A stretch of DNA of 64,000 bases from Pseudobutyrivibrio sp. Its GTDB lineage: Bacteria > Bacillota > Clostridia > Lachnospirales > Lachnospiraceae. The stretch covers positions 193-64,192 of the forward strand of contig NZ_JAFUSK010000076.1 of the NCBI RefSeq assembly GCF_017471675.1, in the 5' to 3' direction. The translations under genes were made by a program, and so were the position numbers. Positions 18,487 to 27,996 of this stretch are shown here, piece after piece; position 1 is the stretch's first letter; each line of letters starts with the position of its first letter. The notes beneath the pieces were generated by a model. It did no database searches and was not told where the DNA came from. It was given only the letters and a program-made list of their open reading frames with translations.

Positions 18487-18624
18487 ATGACTGAGGGCGG
18501 TTTTTTAATTTTCTTTTTTGCATTAATTTTATTGGTAGTCATCGTAGCTGTTATCGCAGTTGTGTCTGCGGTTTCAGGTGCAGCGGCAGCGATTGCCGAC
18601 GAAGAGGATGGCGAAGAGGATTAA
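18487..18624 (+). CDS. Small single-pass membrane protein, 45 aa (not in ORF track)
   Basis: RBS AAGGAGGG; MTEGGFLIFFFALILLVVIVAVIAVVSAVSGAAAAIADEEDGEED. Confidence 0.8.
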   Translation: MTEGGFLIFFFALILLVVIVAVIAVVSAVSGAAAAIADEEDGEED

Positions 18625-18630
18625 CTAATT

Positions 18631-19455
18631 TTGGATATAAAAATCTTTATAGCGACTCACAAACCATGCCTGTTACCTGAACAGGATTGTTACGTGCCAA
18701 TTCATGTGGGAGCGAAGGGCAAAGATAATATTTCATATGAAGAGTGTGGCATTAATAAACCAGGAGCATTAGTTAGAGATGATTCTGGTGATAACATCTC
18801 TGAGAAGAACCCATACTATTGTGAGCTTACAGCTACTTATTACATCTGGAAAAATATTACGGCGGATGTGGTTGGCTTGTGCCACTACAGACGCTATTTT
18901 TCTTCTAAGAAAAATAGCGGAGATGATGAGAATCCATTTAAAAATATTCTGTCTGAGGCAGAGATTAGCACATTGATGTCAGAGTACGATATTGTAGTAC
19001 CAAAGACTAATAAGTACTTTATCGAGACTCTTTATAGCCATTATTCACATACATTGGATGGTAGCCATTTGGATATAGCCAGGGAGGTTATGGCTCAGCT
19101 TTATCCGAAGGATCTTAAGTATTTGGATGCCATCTATTCTAAGACAAATGGAAGTATGTATAATATGTGCATTATGAAAAAGGATTTGTTCGATGCCTAC
19201 TGTGAGTGGATGTTTAATTTACTTGCAGGTGTGGAGGAAAGAATCGATGTATCAAATCTATCTGCATTTCAGGCCAGATTGTTTGGTCGTGTGTCAGAGA
19301 TTCTTATGAATGTATGGATACTAAAAGCATCTAGCGAGGGTCATTCAGTGACTGAGGTGTCAGCAGCCTACACAGAAAAGATTAACTGGGTAAAAAAGGG
19401 CGTTTGGTTTCTTCAAGCCAAATTTTTCGGAAAAAAATATACTAAAAGTGCGTAA
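18631..19455 (+). CDS. DUF4422-type glycosyltransferase (galactofuranosyltransferase-like)
   Basis: IFIATHK, YVPIHVGA, DDSGDNISEKNPYYCELTA, VGLCHYRRYF, RLFGRVSE. Confidence 0.85.
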   Translation: MDIKIFIATHKPCLLPEQDCYVPIHVGAKGKDNISYEECGINKPGALVRDDSGDNISEKNPYYCELTATYYIWKNITADVVGLCHYRRYFSSKKNSGDDENPFKNILSEAEISTLMSEYDIVVPKTNKYFIETLYSHYSHTLDGSHLDIAREVMAQLYPKDLKYLDAIYSKTNGSMYNMCIMKKDLFDAYCEWMFNLLAGVEERIDVSNLSAFQARLFGRVSEILMNVWILKASSEGHSVTEVSAAYTEKINWVKKGVWFLQAKFFGKKYTKSA

Positions 19456-19464
19456 ATTATACAA

Positions 19465-19502
19465 AGCCATTGTTCAAATAAGATTGAATAATGGCTATTT
19501 TT
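19465..19502 (+). terminator. Probable terminator
   Basis: AGCCATTGTTCAA / TTGAATAATGGCT then a T tract. Confidence 0.65.
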
Positions 19503-19560
19503 TATATTATTTTAGTGATAAAATACAGTGTCAAAAAAGTTAGTAATAGAAATTTGCAGT

Positions 19561-20370
19561 ATGAAAAAGAAAAAAATTAGTGTTATTAAAATATTACTGT
19601 TTGCCATAATGCTGTATATCTTGTTAGGCTTTTTCAATCCATTGGTGACAGTAAAATATGATTTATCATTCGATAATTTGCCTGAGCAGATGGAGGGCTA
19701 CAAGATTGTCCAAATTACAGATTTTCACTGTAAAGAATTTGGCAATAAAGAAGATGAGCTGGTTAACATGGTTAAGAGCTGTGAACCAGATTTGATAGTC
19801 CTTACTGGTGATTTTGTTGACGAGAAGCATACTACTGAAAATGCCAGATATCTGTTAGAGGGAATAAAGGACATAGCTCCAATTTATTATGTCACAGGCA
19901 ACCATGAGTTTTATTCGGGTTCTCCTTATCCTGAGTTTAGGGATATCTGCGAGGAGAATGGCATAACAATACTAGAGAATGAAACTGTAGAAATTAAGTA
20001 TAAGGATACCAGCTTTTTACTTACTGGTCTTGATTTTGTCAACTCCGTGGCGCATATGAAGGATGTAATTGGATATGCAGACAATAGTTACTTTAATGTG
20101 CTTTTGTATCACGATTCCTCCAAGTTCAATTTTCTATCGGAATACGGATATGACTTAGAGTTCGCAGGTCATGGCCACGGCGGCCTTATTCGCTTGCCAC
20201 TTGTTGGTGGGTTACTTGGCTCAGATTATCATCTTTTCCCTAAGTATGATTATGGAATCTTCAAGGAAAAGAACACCACAATGGTAAACAGTTCCGGCTT
20301 GGGAGATGCTAGAGTGCCTAGATGGAATAATCCTAGGGAAATAGTGCTGGTTACATTACATAAAAAATAA
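19561..20370 (+). CDS. Metallophosphoesterase (YkuE/calcineurin-like), N-terminal TM
   Basis: QITDFH, LTGDFVD, VTGNHE, LLYHD, AGHGHGG; ATG 19561 preferred. Confidence 0.9.
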   Translation: MKKKKISVIKILLFAIMLYILLGFFNPLVTVKYDLSFDNLPEQMEGYKIVQITDFHCKEFGNKEDELVNMVKSCEPDLIVLTGDFVDEKHTTENARYLLEGIKDIAPIYYVTGNHEFYSGSPYPEFRDICEENGITILENETVEIKYKDTSFLLTGLDFVNSVAHMKDVIGYADNSYFNVLLYHDSSKFNFLSEYGYDLEFAGHGHGGLIRLPLVGGLLGSDYHLFPKYDYGIFKEKNTTMVNSSGLGDARVPRWNNPREIVLVTLHKK

Positions 20371-20386
20371 TAGAGATTAATGATTG

Positions 20387-20419
20387 GAAAGTAGTTCTTA
20401 ATGACTACTTTCTTTTTTT
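20387..20419 (+). terminator. Rho-independent terminator
   Basis: GAAAGTAGTT / GACTACTTTC then a T tract. Confidence 0.8.
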
Positions 20420-20602
20420 CGCAACAATTGATAATTTATTGTGAAGGAATTGTGAAGACGGTGTGTATTATTTGTGTTTTTGTACTTAAAAAAATATAAA
20501 GGTGGTGTAATTTTCAGTATTGTGCCAATTGAGTAGATTGTCATTTTAATGTAAACTTCAAAAGTATTAATTAAAATTGCGAAAAATATCCGAGGAAATA
20601 TT

Positions 20603-21694
20603 ATGGATTTAAAAAATATAAAAATTAAGAATACATTGGGCATGTTTGATATGACTAAAGGTGTGATTATGATATTAGTCATTTTAGCCCATACATATGG
20701 ATTGTTTGAGGGAATTTCTGCTAACAGTCCATTTATGCTTGTAGCATTGCTTTTGATGGTGCTTGGCTGTGCCGCTATGCCAATACTTTTTGTTGTTAGT
20801 GGTTACGGCTTTAGAAAGATGCCATTCAAAAAGTGTTTGAAGAAGCAGTTTGAAATACTGATTATACCTTATATAGTGACAGCACTTATCACATGCATAG
20901 TGCACTGTATTTCGTATTATATTTTGTACGGTGGCAAGAGAGTATCGGTTATGGAAACTGCTAAGGTATTCATTGCTTTTGCATTTGGTTTTTCTAATCA
21001 CATGTGCGAGGGAATGTTTGCCAATGTAGCCTGTGGCCCAATATGGTTTTTATTAGCCCTTGTCATAGCTAATCTTATGTTTAATCAATTACTACATTTC
21101 TTTGAGGGTAAGAAGCTATTGCTTGCAGCCTTATTGGTATCTTGTTTGGGATGGCTACTTGGATATGTTGTAATTCTTCCTTGGAATATAAATCAGGGAT
21201 TGGTTGCTACCTTATATGTAGCACTAGGATATTACGCTAAAAAGACTAGATTATTCACTTCAGAAATACCATTAAAATACAAGCTTTTAGTGCTGGTATC
21301 TTTGATTATTAATATTGTATTGATATGTCAGAACAAGGCGTATGATATGTCTAGCAATGATTATGGCGCAGGAATAATTACTATAGTTATAGAGGGAATA
21401 CTTTCTATTGCTTTAATATATTTGTTCCTTCTAATGAATTCATTACGTGGAAGAATAAGTAACCTGATAAGAAGCATAGGACGAGGTTCATTATACGTTT
21501 TATGCGTACATACAATTGAAATGATGGGTGCTGGAAAGTATATCCAGTATGATTTTGCTAACAATTGGCAGGGAAGCTTATGGCTAAGAAGTTTGATAAT
21601 ATTTACAGTCAGACTTGTTCTGGTAATGGGCATAACATGTGCTTTCGTTCGCATCAAAACTGCTATTTATAATAAGCAGATAATTAAAAATTGA
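20603..21694 (+). CDS. Acyltransferase family 3 membrane protein
   Basis: FDMTKGVIMILVILAH, MPILFVVSGY, PIWFLLAL, SLYVLCVH; about 10 TM segments. Confidence 0.85.
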   Translation: MDLKNIKIKNTLGMFDMTKGVIMILVILAHTYGLFEGISANSPFMLVALLLMVLGCAAMPILFVVSGYGFRKMPFKKCLKKQFEILIIPYIVTALITCIVHCISYYILYGGKRVSVMETAKVFIAFAFGFSNHMCEGMFANVACGPIWFLLALVIANLMFNQLLHFFEGKKLLLAALLVSCLGWLLGYVVILPWNINQGLVATLYVALGYYAKKTRLFTSEIPLKYKLLVLVSLIINIVLICQNKAYDMSSNDYGAGIITIVIEGILSIALIYLFLLMNSLRGRISNLIRSIGRGSLYVLCVHTIEMMGAGKYIQYDFANNWQGSLWLRSLIIFTVRLVLVMGITCAFVRIKTAIYNKQIIKN

Positions 21695-21714
21695 ATTTAT
21701 TAAGGAGAAAATGT

Positions 21715-21945
21715 ATGAATGAGATATATAGCAGATTAGCAGCAATTATTGAGGATGTGGCTGACATTCCTCAGGATGAATTCAACGAGGACAGCTCTCT
21801 TATGATGGATTTGGATTTGGCTTCACTTGAGATTATGGCTATTATCGCCAGAATCGAAAAAGAGTTTTCCATTAAATTCACTGAAGATGAATTATTATCT
21901 GTAGAAACATTAAGAGATGCAGTTGAGGTTATTTCAGCTAAATAA
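21715..21945 (+). CDS. Acyl carrier protein
   Basis: RBS AAGGAG; acidic 76 aa; DLDLASLEIM (phosphopantetheine Ser), IEKEFSIKF. Confidence 0.88.
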   Translation: MNEIYSRLAAIIEDVADIPQDEFNEDSSLMMDLDLASLEIMAIIARIEKEFSIKFTEDELLSVETLRDAVEVISAK

Positions 21946-21989
21946 TCTGTTTGTATATAGTTATTAGGTTTTATTGAAAGGAATGAGAA

Positions 21990-23396
21990 ATGTTTAAGTT
22001 TTTAGAAGCGCTTGAGAAGTATAAAAATGAGTGCGCCTTTGCCTTCTTAGATGGCGAAAACAAAGTAGAAGTTAGCTTTGAAAAGTACTATTCAGATGTT
22101 AAGAAATGTGCCTATAATATGGAATCTATTATGGGACCTTTAGACGGTAAGCATGTCGCTGTAATCGGTTTGAACAGCTACGAATATGTAGTAGTTATTT
22201 GTGCTCTTATGTTCAGTAGAGCAGTGTTGATTCCACTTAACTTCCGTGAGACACAGGATAATCTTGAGTTCGCAGTTAACCATGCTGAGGTTGAATATTT
22301 AATATCAGATGCATCAAAGGATTACGATTTTGGTTCTCATGTTAAGAATCTTAAATATGCAGATATCCTTGGTGGTGAAAACGAAAAGGAACTTACAGAC
22401 TTTACTGAAGAAGAAGCAGACAAGCTATTTATGATAGTTTTCACATCTGGAACAACAAGTTTGTCAAAGGGTGTAGCTCTTTCTATTGGCAACATTTTCA
22501 AAGAAGAAAAAATCGCATTGCCTGAGAAGTATTCTCATGGTTTTAAAGCTGTTCCAGGTTTTAGAGTATACACTAATTTCCCATTCTATCACATCGGTGG
22601 TCTTCTAGCTTGGGTTACATGGGCAGAGCATGGCTGTACAATGGTTCAGAGTGCAAATCCTATGAACGTGTTAGAGGATTTGTTACATCAGGAAATCGAT
22701 TATGCATGTGTTATTCCAGCCACTGTTAAGCTTTGGTTAAAGCAGATTAGACGTGGTAATATGGATAGACTGGGAAATGTTAAAATCATTACAACAGCAG
22801 GTGCTCCTGTAAGTGTTGATGACGTTAAAGAAATCCAGTCTCATGGTATTGCATTTGGTCAGTATTATGGAATGACCGAATGTGGTGGAAATATTACATT
22901 CAACTTTGATATGGAAAACCATATCGCATCTGTTGGCCGTTGTTATGATGACGGTTCAGTAGAAATCATCGATGGCGAAATCTGTGCACGTTACTGGGGC
23001 AACATGATGGGCTATTACAAGGACGAGGAAGAGACTGCAAAGGTACTTAGGGACGGCCTTGTTTATACAGGCGATTTGGGATATGTAGATGACGAAGGAT
23101 ATGTTTTCATCACAGGAAGAAAGAAGAACCTTATTATTCTTTCAGGCGGTGAAAATGTTAGCCCGGAAGAGCTTGAGAGATATTTACAGAAAAATGAAAA
23201 TGTAAAAGAGTGCCTGGTATACGAAGACAACGACAGAATTGCAGCCGGCATCTTTTGCGATGAAGCATGTCAGGAAGAAATCCAGACATACGTTAACGAA
23301 TTAAATAAAACTTTACCTATCTACAAGAGAATTTACAAGCTCGAATTCCAAAATCATGAATTTGAGAAGACTGCTCTTGGTAAGTTGAAGAGATAG
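21990..23396 (+). CDS. AMP-binding (acyl-CoA/acyl-ACP ligase) adenylation enzyme
   Basis: FTSGTTSLSKGV, YGMTECGG, YTGDLG, ITGRKKNLIILSGGENVSPEELE. Confidence 0.92.
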   Translation: MFKFLEALEKYKNECAFAFLDGENKVEVSFEKYYSDVKKCAYNMESIMGPLDGKHVAVIGLNSYEYVVVICALMFSRAVLIPLNFRETQDNLEFAVNHAEVEYLISDASKDYDFGSHVKNLKYADILGGENEKELTDFTEEEADKLFMIVFTSGTTSLSKGVALSIGNIFKEEKIALPEKYSHGFKAVPGFRVYTNFPFYHIGGLLAWVTWAEHGCTMVQSANPMNVLEDLLHQEIDYACVIPATVKLWLKQIRRGNMDRLGNVKIITTAGAPVSVDDVKEIQSHGIAFGQYYGMTECGGNITFNFDMENHIASVGRCYDDGSVEIIDGEICARYWGNMMGYYKDEEETAKVLRDGLVYTGDLGYVDDEGYVFITGRKKNLIILSGGENVSPEELERYLQKNENVKECLVYEDNDRIAAGIFCDEACQEEIQTYVNELNKTLPIYKRIYKLEFQNHEFEKTALGKLKR

Positions 23397-23405
23397 ATTT
23401 GATGA

Positions 23406-23431
23406 AACCACCTCGGGAGAGGTGGTTTTTT
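23406..23431 (+). terminator. Terminator, repeat copy 1 of 3
   Basis: AACCACCTCGGGAGAGGTGGTTTTTT; also at 25785 and 28207. Confidence 0.85.
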
Positions 23432-23436
23432 GCTTG

Positions 23437-23514
23437 TTGTGAGATTTTTTCTCACACAGTATTGACACATTAAATGAAGGCATAATATAATAACTGTGAG
23501 AAAAAATCTCACAA
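23437..23514 (+). promoter_or_regulatory. Sigma70 promoter bracketed by a perfect 20-bp inverted repeat
   Basis: TTGTGAGATTTTTTCTCACA 23437-56 and its reverse complement 23495-514 flank TTGACA 23462-67 / TATAAT 23486-91. Confidence 0.75.
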
Positions 23515-23528
23515 TAGGAGGCGATGAT

Positions 23529-24770
23529 ATGGTATTCGAATTCACTTTTAATAATTATCGTTCATATAAAGATGAAGCGACTTTGAGTTTTGTTTCTAAG
23601 CCTATAAATGAACATGAAAGTAGCCTGATAGAGGCGATGGATGAGAAGTTACTTCCAGTGAATGTAATCTATGGTCCAAATGGTGGAGGAAAGAGTTCGG
23701 TATTACTAGCATTTAGATATATGGCTAGTCTTATTGTATTACCTTTTATTTCAATGCAGAAAATTAAAGGAGACAATGATGAGGTTGATATAGATGAAAT
23801 AGCAAAAAAATGGCAAGGATCATTTAAAAGAGAGAGCTATAAGTGGGATGAAACCTGTAATGATGAACCTTCTGCCTTTAGTGTTCTATTCCAGAAAAAT
23901 AATATAAAGTATAGATATGAGATATCCGTTCTAGATGACCGAATTGTTGGTGAGGGGTTGTATGTTCAAAGAAATGAGAATGATGTTGAAACTATATTTG
24001 AACGAGACTGGGATGATATTTCAATAAGTGAACGTATTCAAATCCCAATGGATATAAATGTAAATAAGAATCTTCCATTTTTAGTATATCTTGGGATGCT
24101 ATTAGATTTAGAGGAAGTGGATGAAACAATCGTATTTTTCTTCTCAATAAAATATATTAACTTTGATAAGAACAATATAGATCATTCAATCCCAATAGGT
24201 AAGATCGTTGAAAATAAAAATCGAATTCTTCCAATTACTCAAAAAATGGGCATACCAATTTGTGATTTTAGGGTGGAATATGATGACAACGGAATCATCA
24301 AACATGTTTTTGCAAAACATGTTATTAACGGACAAGCTTCGCAGAAAGATATAGATTTTAATGCTGAATCTAGCGGTACCAGGAAGATTTTTAGTCTAAT
24401 CTATACATTGATTGAAAGTATAGATAACGGTGATATAGTTGTTATAGATGAATTAGATGCAAAGCTACATCCTTTATTATTACAGTGCATTATAGATTTG
24501 TTTACTAATCCAGGAATAAATAAGAATGGAGCACAATTGTTATTTACATCTCATGATATTATAACTATGTCAAATGAGGTCTTTAGACGAGACGAAATAT
24601 GGTTTGCTGCAATTAATGATAATGCAGAATCATTTCTATATTCACTTGCTGATTTCAAAAAGGCCAATGGAAAGAAGCCAAGAAATGATGAAATGTACGG
24701 AAAGCAGTATTTAGAAGGCCGATATGGCGCGGACCCTTACATAATGAGAATATCTGAGTGGGAGGATTAA
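23529..24770 (+). CDS. AAA_21 ATPase (RloA/AbiLi-like)
   Basis: FTFNNYRSYKD, IYGPNGGGKSS, ESSGTRK, VIDELDAKLHP, QLLFTSHD, RRDEIWF, YLEGRYGADP; RBS AGGAGG. Confidence 0.9.
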   Translation: MVFEFTFNNYRSYKDEATLSFVSKPINEHESSLIEAMDEKLLPVNVIYGPNGGGKSSVLLAFRYMASLIVLPFISMQKIKGDNDEVDIDEIAKKWQGSFKRESYKWDETCNDEPSAFSVLFQKNNIKYRYEISVLDDRIVGEGLYVQRNENDVETIFERDWDDISISERIQIPMDINVNKNLPFLVYLGMLLDLEEVDETIVFFFSIKYINFDKNNIDHSIPIGKIVENKNRILPITQKMGIPICDFRVEYDDNGIIKHVFAKHVINGQASQKDIDFNAESSGTRKIFSLIYTLIESIDNGDIVVIDELDAKLHPLLLQCIIDLFTNPGINKNGAQLLFTSHDIITMSNEVFRRDEIWFAAINDNAESFLYSLADFKKANGKKPRNDEMYGKQYLEGRYGADPYIMRISEWED

Positions 24771-24772
24771 GT

Positions 24773-25462
24773 GTGAGCCTAAAACCTATTAAGAAAAGTG
24801 ACGCGAAAAAGTTGGACAAAATGAAAGCTAAGAAGCGTACAACAGAATTAACGGAATTGCCACCTAGGATATTAATTGTTTCCGAAGGAACTAAGACGGA
24901 ACCATATTATTTTGAAATATTAGCTGAAAAAATAAATAGTAAAAGTAGCAAGATGACAAGTGGTGCTAGAGTCGTGGTTGAGGTTGAAGGTACCGGAAGA
25001 AACACAACTGGTTTATATAGCCATCTGGAAAACAAATACACAAGTGCTGATTTGGCAAATTATAAGCAAATTTGGCTAGTTTATGATAAGGATGATTTTC
25101 CTAAAGATAGATTCGACAATGCAGCAAGTAAGGCGAAAGAGCGGAATAATAGCAAATTTAATGCTGCTTGGTCTAATCAAAGTTTTGAATTATGGTTAGT
25201 TTGGCATTTTCAAGATTATTTTGCTGAGAGCCATAGGAAGGAGTACATCAAGGTACTAGATAAGTATGTTTCTCATTATGAAAAAGGTGACAAAGAAGTC
25301 TATTACTATATATTGAAAAACGGAGATATAAAAGAGGCTATAAAGAGAGCAAAAAGACAAGAAAGAATGTATGTAGATGATGGAGTGATGGTTCCTTCGC
25401 AGATGAAATGTGCATCTACGGTATACAAGTTGGTTGAAGAATTGATGCAATATATTAATTGA
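24773..25462 (+). CDS. RloB family (TOPRIM-like) protein
   Basis: LIVSEGTKTEPYYF, WLVYDKDDF, AWSNQSFELWLVWHF, STVYKLVE; GTG 24773 after GGAGG. Confidence 0.88.
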   Translation: MSLKPIKKSDAKKLDKMKAKKRTTELTELPPRILIVSEGTKTEPYYFEILAEKINSKSSKMTSGARVVVEVEGTGRNTTGLYSHLENKYTSADLANYKQIWLVYDKDDFPKDRFDNAASKAKERNNSKFNAAWSNQSFELWLVWHFQDYFAESHRKEYIKVLDKYVSHYEKGDKEVYYYILKNGDIKEAIKRAKRQERMYVDDGVMVPSQMKCASTVYKLVEELMQYIN

Positions 25463-25571
25463 GTATAGATTCTTGTTTTTTTCAGAAAAAGAAAAGAATC
25501 CATAGATATTATTTTGGGGTATGCAATAATGTTAATTCGCTTATTACCACAGGAGGGAGGTAGAAGATTAT

Positions 25572-25772
25572 ATGTTTGTATTAATGAGCGATGAAGAAAT
25601 GAAGGAAGCATACGGGGATTATAGGGAGAGTATTGGCGAAGCTAAAAACACACTAAAATCCATAAGAAACATTATGGAAACCCTTGATGTTTCTGCTGAA
25701 AAAGCCATGGACATATTAAAAATCCCAGCCGACCAAAGAGTAACATTCCAGGAAAAGATAAATCGGGAATAG
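25572..25772 (+). CDS. Small protein resembling the C-terminal module of Rpn/PD-(D/E)XK proteins (copy 1)
   Basis: RBS AGGAGGGAGG; SIRNIMETLDVSAEKAMDILKIP; near-duplicate at 27997. Confidence 0.65.
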   Translation: MFVLMSDEEMKEAYGDYRESIGEAKNTLKSIRNIMETLDVSAEKAMDILKIPADQRVTFQEKINRE

Positions 25773-25784
25773 ATGAAATTTATT

Positions 25785-25809
25785 AACCACCTCGGGAGAG
25801 GTGGTTTTT
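25785..25809 (+). terminator. Terminator, repeat copy 2 of 3
   Basis: AACCACCTCGGGAGAGGTGGTTTTT. Confidence 0.85.
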
Positions 25810-25825
25810 GTTGTATTGATAGGAT

Positions 25826-25952
25826 GCTAAAGGTTGCACCTAACATTTAACAATTGCTAAAGAGTGCTAAAGGTTACTAAAGGTTGCACCTCGGATTGGT
25901 TGATTGCTAAAGGTTGCTAAAGGTTGCACCTTTAGTGAATAACGCTTATAAT
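25826..25952 (+). repeat. 10-bp-phased CTAAAGGTT(GCACCT) repeats overlapping a promoter
   Basis: Units start at 25827, 25857 (variant), 25867, 25877, 25907, 25917; TTGCAC 25924-29, N17, TATAAT 25947-52. Confidence 0.8.
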
Positions 25953-25975
25953 ATGAGTAATAGGAGGTATTAGCA

Positions 25976-27079
25976 ATGCAAAATCCTTTTACACATGCTT
26001 TTGGCGCACAGCCTAACAAATACATATCAACAAATTTAGAAGAATCTATATATGAGAATTTTAGCTATCCAAGTCCTTCGGAAAAATGCTATATAATAAC
26101 AGGGGTTAGAGGCTCTGGAAAGACAGTAATGATGTCTTCTATATCCCGCAGACTTATGGAAAATGATGATTGGGTGATATGCAACCTAGTATTGTCAGAT
26201 GATATATTGAACCAGTTTGCTGCATCATTGGCGGAAAATAAAATATGTGCAAAACATTTTGTGAAAGCTTCTAATATGTCCATTTCGATGCTTGGCATTG
26301 AGGCCGGAATAGAATACGACAAAGAAAAGATTTTTGATATTCATATCCTGATAGGGAAACTTGTCCAGACACTTGCTGAAGCAGGAAAAAAGGTGATGAT
26401 AACACTTGACGATATTTATGTATCTGATGGAATGATAGCTTTTGCTCAGGAATTTCAGCATTTATTAATTGATCATAGAGATTTGCCAGTCTATTTGTTA
26501 ATGACGGGATTGTACCAAAACTATCGGGAATTGACTGATGTGAAAAATGAAAAATTAAAAGGTTGCACCTTCCTAACAAGGACCCTGGATAGAGAAATAC
26601 CACCTCTTGACGATAGTCAGATGGCAGTGTCGTATTTTAATACCTTTGGAATTGATGAAAAGGAGGCTATTAAGCTAGCTAAAATGACAAAGGGATATGC
26701 TTTTGCGTATCAGCTGTTAGGATATTGGTACTTCGAAAAATATGTTAATAAAAATGAAGAGGTTCGCGATGTAGAGGTAGAATATAGAAGTGAACTGATT
26801 AAATATTCGTATAACAAGCTATGGAGTGAACTATCTGAAAAAGATAAGGAGATAGTGTATGCATTAGTAGAGCTTGAGGCTGATGAGAATCGTGTGAAAC
26901 GAGCAGAAGTCATCAACTATATGAATTCACAGGGGACGGCCGTAACCTCGTCTACGTTCAACAAATATAGAGAACGCCTTCTTGGAAAAGGTATAATATC
27001 TACATCGGAAAATAGAGATGGGTATATTTGGTTACCGCTTCCACAATTTGGAAATTTTGTTCGATTGTATCATATGTAA
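25976..27079 (+). CDS. P-loop ATPase (AAA_16/archaeal ATPase-like) with C-terminal winged helix
   Basis: ITGVRGSGKTV, MITLDD, LLMTGL; C-terminal LSEKDKEIV...SSTFNKYRERLLGKGII. Confidence 0.8.
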   Translation: MQNPFTHAFGAQPNKYISTNLEESIYENFSYPSPSEKCYIITGVRGSGKTVMMSSISRRLMENDDWVICNLVLSDDILNQFAASLAENKICAKHFVKASNMSISMLGIEAGIEYDKEKIFDIHILIGKLVQTLAEAGKKVMITLDDIYVSDGMIAFAQEFQHLLIDHRDLPVYLLMTGLYQNYRELTDVKNEKLKGCTFLTRTLDREIPPLDDSQMAVSYFNTFGIDEKEAIKLAKMTKGYAFAYQLLGYWYFEKYVNKNEEVRDVEVEYRSELIKYSYNKLWSELSEKDKEIVYALVELEADENRVKRAEVINYMNSQGTAVTSSTFNKYRERLLGKGIISTSENRDGYIWLPLPQFGNFVRLYHM

Positions 27080-27158
27080 CTATCAGATGAACATAATATG
27101 TATCGAACAAGGAAAATTGGTGAGATACCTTTCTGAACATAGGAGGGAGGAAAATTAG

Positions 27159-27863
27159 AGAAGGTTAATCAGGAATAACATATTTGCTAGTCATGCAAGC
27201 CAGATTGCATTAGAAGATAGGACTTATAATAATTTTACATTGAATGTGACCTTTCCTCATGCATCGGTTTTATTCCTTAGAAGTAGGGAGGATATGCCAA
27301 AAGAAATGAATGTAAACATTAATACGCCAGGCGGAAGTTGTTCATATCCTGTTAAGGTGGTGCGTGTAAATGATTACAGTTTAGATGATATTTTTGAAAA
27401 GAAATTGTATTTTTTACTTCCGTTTTATCTTTTTACCAAAGAGAAAGAATTACCAGAAATGGAATGTGATATCAGTAAGGCAGATAATCTTATCAGAGAG
27501 TATGAAAACATGCTGATACGTATAGATAAATTGGTAGAAAACAATGACTTGTCAGTATATTCGCGAGGTGTTATTATAAAATTAATCATAGAAGTGAATG
27601 AAAAACTCACAAATAAATATAAGAATGTAAATCAGAGAGTAGGTGATTGCATGGGTGGAAAAGTATTAGATTTAGATATTATTAAGGCACATGATGCAGG
27701 AAAAAGTGAGGGCTATGCAGAAGGACGTGCGGAAGGTATTGAAGAAGATAGTATTATTCATATACGCAATATAATAAATAACTTAAAGCTAACAGCAGAG
27801 CAGGCAATGGAGGCTCTTGGAATAGCTAAGAGTGATTATAATAAGTATATAAATATGTTATAG
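27159..27863 (+). pseudogene. 5'-truncated Rpn/PD-(D/E)XK-like nuclease gene remnant
   Basis: Frame open from 27159 (ASQIALE...TLNVTFPHASVLFLR) with no RBS/ATG; C-terminal EGYAEGRAEG...IRNIINNLKLTAEQAMEALGI tail. Confidence 0.6.
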
Positions 27864-27873
27864 AACATATGGG

Positions 27874-27892
27874 GAGCGCCTTTGAGGCGCTC
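27874..27892. terminator. Short GC hairpin, possible terminator
   Basis: GAGCGCC-tttga-GGCGCTC. Confidence 0.5.
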
Positions 27893-27996
27893 TTGTCATG
27901 TTATCAATAAAATGCTGGTATTTGTATCAAAAAAGGAAAACTGATGAGATACCTTTCTGACCCATTGCTGATCACAGGAGGGAGGTAGAAGATTAT

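Noticed and set aside
19561-20370. CpsB tyrosine phosphatase
   Set aside because: Motifs are calcineurin-like (DxH, GD, GNHE, GHxH), not PHP, and the gene is far from cpsCD.
25826-25935. CRISPR array
   Set aside because: Units are 9-16 bp with no unique 30-40 bp spacers and no cas genes.
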